In this document: positions 23,151-34,665 of the stretch, piece by piece
Position numbering within the stretch: position 1 is the first letter of the stretch
Layout: every line of letters begins with the position of its first letter
From: Octopus bimaculoides
Lineage: Eukaryota
Reading direction: 5' to 3'
Assembly (NCBI RefSeq): GCF_001194135.2
Contig: NC_068997.1
Span: 42,359,081-42,393,745, forward strand
Length of the DNA: 34,665 nucleotides
Notes under the pieces: generated by a model
Told to the model about the DNA's origin: nothing
What the model saw: the letters and a program-made list of their open reading frames with translations, nothing else
Database searches by the model: none
Made by a program: the position numbers and the translations under genes

Positions 23151-23920
23151 GCATTCCATACATTTAATAGGGTCCACTCTAATGGCCATCAAGCACACAC
23201 CACACACAGCCACTTTGCACAAGGTTTTATAGATGAGAAACCACAGAACTAAAGCAATGGGAAAAAAAAGTTTCCTGGAGGTGTTCTCACATGCCAAAAT
23301 GAAAAAAAAATTTTTTTTATGATAAATGGTAATTACAAAATTTTACCAAAAAGTGTTATTGATAAATGTTTAGGAAAGAATACAAATATTATTATTTATA
23401 CAGTTTTAAATATTGAGAAAAGAAAGAAAAAAATTCTATTATTCTGTAACTTTCAGTATGATTCAGATGGTTCCAATACCACATACACCAGATTTTTGTG
23501 TGCAATTGTGTTGTTGTATCTCAAGAAGGTCATTTTGTCAATAAAAACACATGCACTGGTTCTATTTCACTTCTTTTTTTTTGCTTTGTCATGATAGATC
23601 TGAAGCATCAAAGTTACATCACTGATAAGGATGTAAATTGTGACAAAAGGATGCTGACAAACTAACTGATAGATTAATCAATAAACTGATTAGCCAAGTA
23701 ATCAATAGGCTGATTGTTTAATAAGTTAACTTGTTGACTAATAATAATAAAAAGAAGTGACATAGTATTGAAGCATGATCTTTTTTATTGGCAAAATAGT
23801 CTGCCCAAGATACTACCACTGTTTCAACACATGATTTCACATAAAGAAACTTGCAAAACAAAAGCAAATAAAAAATATCTACACACATGCACATAATTTG
23901 GGAAATGTAAAAGTTATATG

Positions 23921-24132
23921 ATCATCATCATCATCCTTATTTAACATCCACCTTCCAAGCTAGCATGGGGTGGATGGTTTCACAGGAGCTGGTTAACTGA
24001 AGAGTTGCCTATGCTCCACATCTGTTTTGGCATGGTTACTACAGCTGGAGGCCCTTGCTAACAACAATCACTTTACAGAGTGAAACGGGTACTTTTATGC
24101 AGCACCAGCACAGTTGCTTTTTACATGGCACC
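23921..24132 (-). mobile_element. SINE family C, old subfamily
   Basis: (atc)n-tttaacatccaccttccaagctagcatggg...cagctggaggcccttgctaac. Confidence 0.75.
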
Positions 24133-24248
24133 ACAGAAGTTGCAAACTTCTGTCCAAACCGAGCTTATGCTTTTCTAGAGCCTCTTGTCATTCAAAGATG
24201 ACCATGCACAAGGTTTTTTAATGAAAGTAGTTACCTATGCATGCAAAA

Positions 24249-24358
24249 CTCCCTTCTCCAAGCCCACATCTCATTTTATTTGATGCTCTAGCAGAGCCAC
24301 CTACTCCCCTCTCCAAGCCTGCACAGCATTTTCTTTGATACTCTAGCAGCGCCACCTA
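24249..24358. repeat. 55-bp tandem duplication (2 units)
   Basis: ctccc.tctccaagcc...tttgat.ctctagcag.gccaccta occurs twice. Confidence 0.8.
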
Positions 24359-24374
24359 TTCAACTTCCTGAATA

Positions 24375-24491
24375 GGTACATTTTATCAATCCTGAAAGGA
24401 TGAAAATCAAACTTGGCCTCAATGGGATTTGAACTTAGAGCACAGAGTTGGAACAAATACCAATGCTTTAACAACTAACAACACTGCCAAT
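24375..24491 (-). mobile_element. SINE family A fragment
   Basis: ggtacattttatcaatcctgaaaggatgaaaatcaaactt...atttgaact. Confidence 0.75.
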
Positions 24492-25046
24492 ATGATACCT
24501 TAAACCAAACATCAAGAAAGTAGCAAATAGAATTACTAACAGAGTAGCCATATTTTCAATCAATGAGAAGCCTATCAACAGGTTCCAAACCCCAGTCCTT
24601 AGAATAACTCAGAGAGACGAGTAAATAATAATAATATCATCCAATACTATTCATATTCAACTTATGAATGGAAAGGCCAGCTGTGTATTCAGATTGGGAT
24701 GTGTATTTAATAAGCAGTTTAATAGCTTAAAGTTCCGTGTTTCAGTTTTGCTAAAGGTGATTGGCATCCCATTAAAATCAATAGAATAAGCACTACTAGT
24801 ATATTGAAAGAAGAAAGAGAGAGAGAGAGAGAGAGAGAGAAGTTGTCAAAAGGTAGACCATGGTGTGGTATACTGATTTGATGAGACACTTAAACAATTA
24901 TACAAAGGTGTTGTGAGATAAGATAAAGAGATAAAAAAGATTTTGTTTCATTTTTCTCAAGAGTATATCTAAGCAAACGAAATACTGTGCAAATGTAACA
25001 ATACAATTGATATGCATGAGAAAGAATAATTTTAAATGATTTTTAC

Positions 25047-25109
25047 ATCTAATTCAAGTTCCAAGGCGTTTATTTCTTCAGAGGCTTTGTTTAGTTGCTC
25101 AAGTTCAAT
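25047..25109 (-). CDS. SH3BP5L: SH3BP5/SH3BP5L family, coding exon 2
   Basis: Acceptor (t)n-ctag, then IELEQLNKASEEINALELELD (63 nt, phase 0-0), then donor GAT|GTAAAA. It continues DPRIQ and closely resembles my recollection of human SH3BP5L (EELEHLNQASEEINQVELQLD). Confidence 0.9.
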
Positions 25110-26471
25110 CTAGAAAAAAAAAAAAAAAACAAAGAAAATACAGTTTGTTACAAATGTGTGCCATATTGAAATTATAAAACAACAAACTGATAAACAATCT
25201 ATGCTTACTTTGAGTATAATAATTATTTGAAGATAATAACAAGGTGAAAAGAAAGTAGACTTAAAGGTGATGCATATTTCTATTTCTCTCAGTACATTTT
25301 AAACAACAACAGAATTATGTGAGAAAGGAAGTTCCATATATATTTTATAAAAATTGATGCTTCATTAAAATTATTTTACATTACCATTTTTTTCATAACA
25401 TTACATAATTAATTTAAAAAAGGAAATTCAAAAGACTAGTGATCTTAGAGACACCAACTGCAAATTGCTATTTTAGTCAGTGTGTGTTTTTTTTTTAATA
25501 GGTTAGAATTGTTACTTCTTTTAAAATAGGTCTTTATGCTTGAGGTTAAGTAGTGCAATAAAAAAGAAGTTTGGAGAATTAAGTGAAAAGAAATGTCATC
25601 TGTTTTACAGTTTTACATTAATGGTTGGAATACTATCAAGCTCTATGACTTTGGTGAGATTTAGTTGTTGAGACTAAGTAAATGGATAGAATGACTTAGA
25701 GAAAGAGAATCTAACAGGATATTTATTGAGTGTTTATGTAAAGAGTGAAGCTGGAATAAAAAAGACCAGCAAATGGAGAGTGAAACTGGAATTAAAAAAA
25801 AAAATTTTCTGCAAAGGATTAAAATGTGGAAGGTCAAGAACTTTTAAGATGTTGCACAAAAAGTAAACTTACACTTGATAACACCAAGTTGTGATAGCAA
25901 TGAAAGATTTTAAAAGTTATTTAGGGGTTGTTAGTTGATACAAAGACATTTGCTGGCATGGACAATTGGTTTGGAATTGACAAAGATATAACCAATTGAC
26001 TAACTCATTACTATTTTGGAAAGCTTGCTGAAGTGGTCGAATAATATCTAAACATGTCTAGAGTTGTCTCCCATACTTGCAGAAAGTATAAAACGATATT
26101 AATTATTGAGCTAATTGTCTTTTCTTCACCACAGAAGTATTTCTCAACTATTAAAGTAGTCCTTTCAGACTCACTGCATTAAATATCCTAACAATAACTT
26201 TATTGTTTTTCAAGCAGATTGAGGTCTCTGAGTAATTAACTTCAGTGACTTATGTTTCTAAATAATATATGATCATGGAATTGTGTCTATCAATCAGTAT
26301 AGTGTGTAATGAACAAATACATCTTTCAATATGCCACAAAACTGCTCATACCAAGATTGCATCAAAAAACTGTCTCCCTTCATGATAAAAAGATTACCAA
26401 CATTTTCCAACAAACATAAGGATACTATTAAACTGTGCCCTTTTACAATTATTTATTATTATTATTATTAA

Positions 26472-26703
26472 GGCTGCAAGCTGGCAGAATTATTAGCATG
26501 CTGGACAAAATGCTTAGTGGCATTTCATCTGTCCTTACGTTCTGAATTCAAATTCCGCCAAAGTCGACTTTGCCTTTCTTTCCTCCTATCAGGGAGTCAA
26601 TGAAATAAGTAGCAGTAACACACTAGGGTCAATGTAATCGACTACCCCCCCTCCCCCAAAATTTAAAACTTTGTGCCTTTAGTAGAAAGGATTATTATTA
26701 TTA
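26472..26703 (+). mobile_element. SINE family A, full length
   Basis: ggctgcaagctggcagaattattagc...gaattcaaattccgccaaagtcgactttgcc...agaaagg(att)n. Confidence 0.9.
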
Positions 26704-26917
26704 TAGTACTACAACAGCCCCTGCTTTTGAAATTGGAAACATGACACACACACACACACACCCCAATGCACCATCACATAGACACTCGCTAAACACTTTT
26801 CATTCCATTAACTAAATCCAAAACAATTCAAATCATTAACCACATTAAGTTATCCTACTCTATTTTAGGGAATCCCTAAGAAGATAGCAGTACAACACCG
26901 TAATTTGCGACAATATT

Positions 26918-27100
26918 TTAACCCTTTTATCACCATATTTCTTTTGAAATACACTGCTTTTGTTTCAATTAATTTTGAAAATAATAAAGAATTTAGTAAT
27001 ATAACTATTATTTAGCCTGGTGTATAATACATAGATTAATATCAAAGACTCATAGAAGGTTTTAATTTAGATTACTTTGAAATAATTTTCTATCAGAAAG
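26918..27100 (+). mobile_element. Possible truncated piggyBac-like MITE end
   Basis: TTAA-ccctttt terminus followed by an AT-rich body, cut by SINE C; no right end found. Confidence 0.35.
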
Positions 27101-27107
27101 CGAAATC

Positions 27108-27487
27108 GTGATGGCACCTGTACCAGTGGAGCACTAACAGCACCGTCCGAGCGTGATCGTTGCCAGAGCAGCTGCCTGGCTTCCGTGCCAGTGGCACGTA
27201 AATAGCACCATTTGAGCGTGATCATTACCAGCATCGCCTTCCCGGTACTCGTGCCAGTGGCACGTGAAAAGACATTCGAGCGAGATCGTTGCCAGTGCCG
27301 CTGGACTGGCTCCTGTGCAGGTGGCACGTAAAATACACCATTTTGAACGTGGCCATTGCCAGTACCGCATGACTGGCCTTTGTGCCTGTGGCATGTAAAA
27401 GCACTCACTACACTCTCGGAGCGGTTGGCGTTAGGAAGGGCATCCAGCCATAGAAACTCTGCCAAATCAGATTGGAGCCTGGTGTAG
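27108..27487 (+). mobile_element. SINE family C with an expanded internal ~62-bp repeat array, 3' tail missing
   Basis: Four gtggca(c/t)gt(a/g)aaa units plus a partial one, then ggttggcgttaggaagggcatcc. Confidence 0.9.
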
Positions 27488-27734
27488 ATGAGAACCAAGG
27501 ACAGTCATAGGCAAGTTGGTATCAAAAGTTGGTTTTTTTTTTTTTTGCTCACATTGGTCATACAGATCCAGCATTCAACTTGTCCATTTGAATCACATGT
27601 TCATACTAATGATGCAGCTATCTCCTCTGCTGTCTTGCATGTAGTTAACATTACACATACAACTTATCATCCTCATTTCATTTCTTTCCAGCTTCCATAC
27701 ATTTTATACATTCAATTTCCATAGCTCACTACTC

Positions 27735-28090
27735 TACAGCACCATGTATTTCATCCATACTTCACAGTCTGCCTTTGCTATGAAAAGAAAAACTCTTTGT
27801 TGCCAAGAATAAGCACTTCTGGACTTCTTCCATTCCTTCTTTATTCTGGCAACATTGGTTTTGTTATAACCACATCTAGCATTAATAACTGAATCTTTCA
27901 ACTGGATTTAGTGAGCAACTGAAGCTGTTCATGAACCTCATTTTATGGATGCCTCTACTCCTAACAACTTCTGTTCATCTATCACAGCTAAAATCCTGGT
28001 CCTCTATTAATCCATCAGATATCATACAGCACCTTTTTGCACATTTTGTTTGCATTAAATACACATTAAGAAATTCCTTCTTACATTCTT
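27735..28090 (-). mobile_element. Decayed RTE-clade LINE fragment
   Basis: Frame-broken KRCC.ISDGLIEDQDFSCDR and ARIKKEWKKSR..LLATKSFSFHSKGRL resemble RTE HKRCSGI.G.L...F.C.RC and ARI..AW.KFR...LL..K..SL..KGRL. Confidence 0.65.
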
Positions 28091-29109
28091 CCTAGATCTC
28101 AAGCAAGCTCAGTTCTTAGATTGTACAGAGATCTTTGACTATCCATTGCAACCAACACTTTAGTCTGTAGATCTTTGAGCCTTTTAACTACAGACGGTGT
28201 TTCCAGATTTGGAACATTTTTTTTTAACAATTGCTTAATAGAAAATTCTAATAGGGAAATTAGTTTATCCACATATAAAAGCTGCTCAAAAAAGGTGTAA
28301 AGATCTTGGACACTTGAATTATAACAAATACAAATTAATTGAAAATAGAGTCCTGGAGAACATCTATGCATATACTAAATTCTCAACTAATTCACCAACA
28401 AATCTAACCTTACTAACAGCACTGTTGTACATGGTTTGAAAATGTTGAAACCATTCATCTAAAACTGTGCTCTCTTAGTGACTGCAAGACTACGGTGCAG
28501 AACTTGTCAAAAGTCCTCACTAAAATTTTTAAAATGCTAAATAGAATGGTTGGTTCTTAACTAAGATCTTTTGAAGCTGTTTCACTTAAAACATGGCAAC
28601 AGTAGTTTTGCGTCTTGATACAAACCCATACTGTATCTTACCAAAGCTAAACCTATACTAACTTTGCTAAAACTCCCTCAGTAAAATTCAAAACCTACTT
28701 CATTAGGTGTAAGGTCACTGTCCTTCAGTGGGTTTTCTTTGCATTTGTAGCAGCTTCCAATGACACGGCTGTACCAGTCAACGACAGTAACACTGCTTTC
28801 TTCCATTACCTGATTACTAAGTAACTATTAGCAACTAATATAGCAAATGACCAATACCGCTTAATGCTCTCAATATTTCTGTCGACAACTCCCTATGGAA
28901 TTGCTGATTTCTCCACCTTAATTTCTTATATAGCCTTACTAATCATACTAAATTAACTTTCACAGCTGATCTATTTATTACTTCTCTCACCATCCTACCC
29001 ATACCCTTGATTCACAACCTCAGTGGTATTTCATTTGTTTTCTTTTTCCTACTACTGAGGGTAAATGTGTCAGTCTTAGTTCAGACAACAACAATAAAGA
29101 TACCAGTGA

Positions 29110-29470
29110 CATCATCATCATCATCATCGTTTAACGTCCGCTTTCCATGCTAGCATGGGTTGGACGATTTGACTGAGGACTGGTGAACTGGATGGCTACA
29201 CCAGGCTCCAATCTGATTTGGCAGAGTTTCTACAGCTGGATGCCCTTCCTAACGCCAACCACTCTGAGAGTGTAGTGGGTGTTTTTATGTTCCACTAGCA
29301 CGAAGGCCAGTCAGGCGGTACTGGCAACGGCCACGCTCAAAATGGTGTATTTTACGTGCCACCTGCACAGGAGCTAGTCCAGCAGCACTGGCAATGATCT
29401 CGCTTGAATGTCTTTACATGTGCCAGCGGCACAAGTGCCAGGAAGGCAACGCTGGGCACAGGTGCCATCA
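29110..29470 (-). mobile_element. SINE family C, apparently full length
   Basis: Near-identical to 21205-21557. Confidence 0.92.
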
Positions 29471-30287
29471 ATATCAAAAGAATAGATGATGTCTTATGTA
29501 ACTCCAAGTCAGCTCTGATTGAGCCAACTTATAGCATGAATGTACAGTTAGCAGAACAACTGTAACCCATAGCTCTACACATAATATCTACATCTAACTG
29601 AGGGCCACACTGCAGGTTCTAACATGCAATAGTTAATCATATGCAGTGTAGTGTAACGGTGTGGTCATGTTGCACTCTCCTTTTGATTTCTGTATACCTG
29701 CCTATTTTTGTATAACCCCAGGTGAGTTCTGATCTAGTTGCACTATGACCAAAGAAATTCCAGTCACAAACATGCCATACTTTTAGAGGTATGTAGACAT
29801 TATCTAATGTGTATTTTCTTTATATAAATGGCAGAGATCATTTGAGGAAGATTTGACTATTATTTCTAGCAAGATTAACAACTATACAAAAGTTCCTTCA
29901 ATTGGCTTATATAGGTCAGTCAGCTCTGACCTAACAAATACATGATCAAGATTAATCCAATCATAACCATCCAAATCCTTTTTAGAGATATATATAGGTC
30001 TGCATTATCTAATGTCTTTTCCTTACATAAGATAATAGATGTGATATGAGGGATATTGGCTATTCCTAGCACATTAGGCCTGCCTATACATTCTGGTAAT
30101 GGCATTAGCAGAGGTTGGCAAAAAAGACTCAACCCGAGCACAATGGTTGTTGTTCCTCTGCAGCACAAATTAGCACAATGTTTGAAGTTAATAAGACTTG
30201 ATGCTGCTGGTACTGCTTTTGTATGTGTCTTACATTATTAGTCTGACCCGAGTGACACTGGTAATATTCTCAAGTTGGGGTTACAGT

Positions 30288-30496
30288 GGTTTCAAATTTT
30301 GACATAAGGTCAGCAACTTCAGGAAAGAGGAAAGCTGATTACATCGACCCCAGTGCTCAACTGATACTTATTCTATAACTACTGTAAAGATGAAAGGTAA
30401 AGTTGACCTTGGCAGAATTTGAACTCAAAATGTAAAGACAGATGAAATACTAAGCATTTTGTCCAGCATGCTACCAATTCAGCCATCTCACCACCT
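30288..30496 (-). mobile_element. SINE family A
   Basis: gattacatcgaccccagtgctcaactgatactt...gatgaaaggtaaagttgacc...atttgaactc. Confidence 0.88.
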
Positions 30497-31572
30497 TAGG
30501 TTGGTGCTATAACAGTGATGTAATTGTGGGTTTGTTCAAAGGTGGTGATACATGTTGCAGTAAGGACAGTTTGTTCACGAGTAGTAGTAGTAGTAGTTGA
30601 GGAAGTTTAAAAAATACAAAGTGGACATAAACTTAGGAAAAATACACTTTTTCAATATGTAATTCCAATATTTACTTTAGTACTAATAGAATAGCCTTCA
30701 TACTGTTTTAGAAATAGACCGATCCAACTAAACTTTCTTTCTACATAATCAAACATCCCAATACTTCCAAGGTAAACTTTGAGCCTTTACAGGAATAATT
30801 CTATGAATAACAAACTAGTCCATTTGTCAAATTTGAAAAGGAAACAGGTTTTGCCTGTTGTCTTATACACATTAGACAGAGGATTTTAAATGGTATATAA
30901 ATATTTTACACTTGAACTATGAAGTTTATAAGAGATTATAAGCCATCTCATCATCTCCTACGCCAATGCTACTTAAACCTTTTTAACTATCACCTTTTCT
31001 TTCACAAATATGTTTTCAACCCCAACCTACTTCAGTTCTATCCCCACTATTTATAATGTACATACACATAATATCAGACCAAAATAATTTAGTTTCAGGC
31101 ATTAGTTTGATGTGGGTGACTACTTACCACAACCCCACCCAACTATAAGCAAATATTATAAGCACATTTTGAAGTCTGTTACTATTGCTGATATTGTCCT
31201 TGTGATTATAGTTAAGAGTTTATCATAATACTACTGTAAATATTTTTTGAAGTTAATATTTAAATAGGAACCAAAGACTGAAAAAAAAACTATACAAATG
31301 CATATCTATTACCCCTACAACTTCCCCTCTGTCCCCAGAATACATAGAGTCTTTAAGCCCCTATCCTAAGATGTAAGTGACAAAAGATCAGACATTTACT
31401 TGGCAGAATAATTAAACTCATGGAACTCAAGAATGAATAAATAAAAATTTTCCACGATAAATTAAGATGGAGAAACGAAATTGAAAAAGCAGAGTGGAGA
31501 ATTTGGTTCCAATGTAAAGTAATGAACTTTATTTGTAATGACTTAGACATATTGAGCAGAAAAAAAAGGAAA

Positions 31573-31756
31573 TGTACCCCCCACCACCATCGCTTGACAA
31601 CCGATGGTGGTGTGTTTACGTCCCCGTAACTTAGAGGTTCGGCAAAAAGAGACCGATAGAATAAGTCCTAGGCTTACAAAGAATAAGTCCTGGGGTTGAT
31701 TTTCTCGACTAAAGGCGGTGCTCCAGCATGGCACAAGTAAAAAGGTAAAAGAGAGT
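31573..31756 (+). mobile_element. SINE family B 3' half
   Basis: ccatcgcttgacaaccgatggtggtgtgtttacgtccccgtaacttag...gtgctccagcatggc...aaaagagagt. Confidence 0.9.
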
Positions 31757-31964
31757 ATTTGTTCCATCCATCCACCCACCTTTCAATATTATGTATAAGA
31801 TGACTGTATTTTGTACTGAATCAAAACTGCACGAATTTGTGAAGGAATAGTGATCTCTTGTCGTCAACCAGGCAAAATGCACAATGCCAGTTTCAAACCC
31901 ATGATTATTTAGCTGACTATGCAGCAAGTTTAAACCTCAGAACCTATGTTTCCATTGAAAAACA

Positions 31965-32150
31965 GTATGAGTCGTTCGACCTGCTAAATACAGCAGCAAA
32001 ATCTATTATCACATCCTATCGGTTTTTTAAGGCAGGACACATTGGATAGTTATACACTACGTTTGACAAAAAAGATGGGGAGGAGGAGTGGCGCAGAAAT
32101 ACCTTTGATCATAAATCTCCCCAGAGTGACCTGGGGCTAAACAGCAACAC
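31965..32150. repeat. Unclassified interspersed repeat family F
   Basis: gtcgttcgacctgctaaatacagcagcaaaatct is the reverse of motifs near 7940 and 29850; cctttgatcataaat..cagagtgacctggggctaaacagcaac recurs at about 20030-20100. Confidence 0.5.
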
Positions 32151-32439
32151 ACTAATAATTCCGTACACTTCCTTAAACCTAGCTTAACAATATAAGACAA
32201 CGTTCGAAACATAAAAATCATTTCACCAAATTTCTTATAAAAGGCACGCTCTGTGCCACACATCGCTAATCCCTTGAACCTTCTTGGAGTCTCATCTCTG
32301 CAACTAACATTCTAATTTATGAATGCAAATTATTATTTGCATTCTATTTAACACTGAAATACCTAGAAGGTTAACATCTTTTGACAACAATAATGCAACT
32401 GTTAAATCGAAATTATCAACTATTCAAACATTCTGAGCC

Positions 32440-32665
32440 CACGCTAAGAAATGTTAACATTAGCAGAAGCGGTAGAGCGCCGGACAAGATAGCAAATGGT
32501 AAATTAGTTACGTCCCTTTACATTCAGAGTTCAAATTTCACTGAGGACTCACAGTGATCTTTTCACTAGGAAGTCAACATGAATAAGTACCAGAGTACCA
32601 GTAATATCTAAAGGTTGATTTAATCGTCTGCCCCATTTCTCAAATAGGTGACTTTGTGTTGCGTT
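32440..32665 (+). mobile_element. SINE family A-like, degraded
   Basis: cattcagagttcaaatttcactgagg...gaataagtaccag. Confidence 0.6.
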
Positions 32666-32939
32666 GGTTACAAATAATTTTAGTTATATTTTACAGCAGT
32701 GTTCTTATAATCATAGCTGGAGAGACTTGAAAATGGAAATATATGGTTTTGAGGCAAATGTCGCTTACATTAAAATCTGTAAATAGTAGATTAGGTAAAC
32801 TTTTACTGTAGATTATTTACAGTATATACTTTAAATAAACTAGCAGTATACAATGGATTGTTTACAGAAGAATTTTACTTTTAAATGATTTAAGTTAGCA
32901 CATCAATTCTGTCAGGTAAGCGATGTTATATGTAAACAT

Positions 32940-34350
32940 TCGTTAGTGTTTTTAATAGCTCGTCATTTCACTGGTGTTGAAATATTTCAAAACTGTTGTG
33001 TATCTAATACGAAGAAACAAACAACAATAACATCGTCTTTGATCGTAATTGAAAGTAAATTGGAGATTAATAAAAATTCGATTCAGTTCGGAAATAAAAC
33101 CAGAAGTATTTTATAATACGAGGAAATTCAAGGGAGATTTGATTGGAACCAATGAAAGAAATAAACAAAAATAAAAAAATATATAAGCAGACTGATAACA
33201 CGATAAAATAATTATTTCAGAACTTGGGATTCTAAGGTGAAGAAGAAAAAAGGGTTAACGATTCAGTTGTGTTGTAAGCTAACAATATTTATGTCATTCA
33301 TAAATCGTTAAACAGAATGTTGTTACTGCTACAGCATCGGCGAAAGAAGGTTTGCGGCAGCTGATAGATAGTAATAGTGTTCTCAGGAAGAAAGCAGCAA
33401 CAATAACAAACAAAGCGATAGTTATGATTCGATACGATATATTATCGATCAGTTTTTTTTCAAAATACTAAAGCCTTAATTAACAGGCCTTTAAAATGCA
33501 TGTTTGCACTTCAAAACAATGCGTTTAATAAAATATTAACTAGTTTAATATTTTCGACTTTAGGCTCCGTTTGATTAATGACCAGAAAAATTAATATCGA
33601 TGCTGAGTGTAAATAAATTATAAAGTAAGAGTTTCGATTGTTAAAAAGCAAAACGATCTCTGAATGAATGACATTCGTTGACATGAAAGGGTAAAATTAC
33701 TTAACTACCTTGGCAGGTGTCTGTAGATTCGGTTTCAAGGCTCGTATTTTGAACAGAATTAAAAATTCCTTCAGACAAATTGCACAGATCAATGAGATAT
33801 AACAAAATTCGACCCACAGAAATACATTTCGGATGCACACAAGAAGTAGTAGTAGTTTAATGAAGACTACAACAAAGAGAAAGTGTCCTACATTGAGTAT
33901 TTACTATTAGTACATGCAAGTAGTTGATTACACGATCGCTACAAAGAGAACGGCAGAGAAAATACATTATAATTGCGAATACTGGTCGTAATGAAAGCAT
34001 TGAATTAAGAAGCAAATATTTATATAAGCGGAAAGTAATAAAATGCAAAGTAATATTCACCTGTATGCGGGGATCTAAAACCTCGTCCTCCCCGTTAGAT
34101 AACCGACGCTCACGGTCGGCCATCTTTACATTGACACCAACGCTAGTCTCCGTCAATTTATTAACATATTAATTATACTGCAATCTAAAATATCATTATT
34201 TTTTCAAACTGAAGTAATAAAATGTGAACGACATAAATAAAACGAAGGATTTTGGCATCGAAAATAAAATAAAACACTGTCAAAAAAAATAATCACGTGA
34301 GATATCGTTTGTCAACTGGAAAGGAGGCATATTTAAACTGTCGGTAGGAC
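32940..34350 (-). promoter_or_regulatory. CpG-enriched promoter / first-exon region of the SH3BP5-family gene
   Basis: CG dinucleotides are visibly more frequent than in flanking unique DNA, the region is repeat-free, and it surrounds exon 1. It contains a palindromic E-box TCACGTGA at 34293-34300. Not quantified; TSS not determined. Confidence 0.55.
34061..34123 (-). CDS. SH3BP5L: SH3 domain-binding protein 5 family (SH3BP5/SH3BP5L/parcas, Rab11 GEF), coding exon 1
   Basis: Reads MADRERRLSNGEDEVLDPRIQ (63 nt). The ATG is in good context (gtaaagATGG) and the exon ends at a phase-0 donor CAG|GTGAAT. (L/V)DPRIQ is the family's N-terminal signature. SH3BP5L versus SH3BP5 is uncertain. Confidence 0.9.
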
Positions 34351-34384
34351 TTAGTTGTTGTCTGTGTGGTGCTTGTTTGATCTA

Positions 34385-34665
34385 TTCTCTTTTATTTGTT
34401 TCAGTCATTTGATTGCGGCCATGCTGGAGCACCGCCTTTAGTCGAGCAAATCGACCCCAGGACTTATTCTTTGGATGCCTAGTACTTATTCTATCGGTCT
34501 CTTTGCCGAACCGCTAATGTAACGGGGACGTAAATACACCACCATCGGTTGTCAAGCGATGTTGGGGGGACAAACTCAGACACACAAACATATACACACA
34601 CATACATACATATATATATATATTTATTTACATAGGTATACATACTTATGTACATACATACATAC
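34385..34665 (-). mobile_element. SINE family B 3' half running into its internal microsatellite at the window edge
   Basis: ttgtttcagtcatttgattgcggccatgctggagcaccgcc...gtcaagcgatgttgggggac. Confidence 0.92.

Noticed and set aside
27108-27400. Regularly spaced short repeats resembling a CRISPR array
   Set aside because: The spacers are themselves homologous; this is the internal minisatellite of a eukaryotic SINE.
8836-27498. Recurrent MKPDGYTRLQSDLAEFLQLDALPNANH... ORFs (8930, 10122, 18388, 21269, 27067) resembling a gene family
   Set aside because: All are chance frames through SINE family C copies, with variable ends and no splice structure.
33857-34156. 99-aa ORF in the track
   Set aside because: Only 34061-34123 is coding; similarity ends at the GT donor after DPRIQ, and the upstream TTG extension is unsupported.

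Overview
AT-rich animal genomic DNA, most likely octopus/coleoid cephalopod (inferred from the SINE families and microsatellite style, not from a search). Three N gaps: 10170-10730, 11778-11877, 12694-12703. The only gene I can identify is the 5' end of an SH3BP5/SH3BP5L (parcas-family Rab11 GEF) gene on the minus strand: coding exon 1 at 34061-34123 and exon 2 at 25047-25109, with a CpG-richer promoter region. I could not find its conserved downstream exons in the remaining 25 kb. The left ~10 kb is T-rich on + with several splice-site-like signals, suggesting an unidentified convergent + strand transcription unit. The rest is mobile DNA: four SINE-like families, three RTE-clade LINE remnants (one with a 5' inversion), a decayed Penelope-like RT, hAT, piggyBac-like and Tc1/mariner MITEs (several nested), two long near-perfect hairpins, and microsatellites. 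I found no convincing novel multi-gene system, no CRISPR array, and no rRNA or tRNA gene. Repeat boundaries were judged by eye (about +/-10-20 bp).
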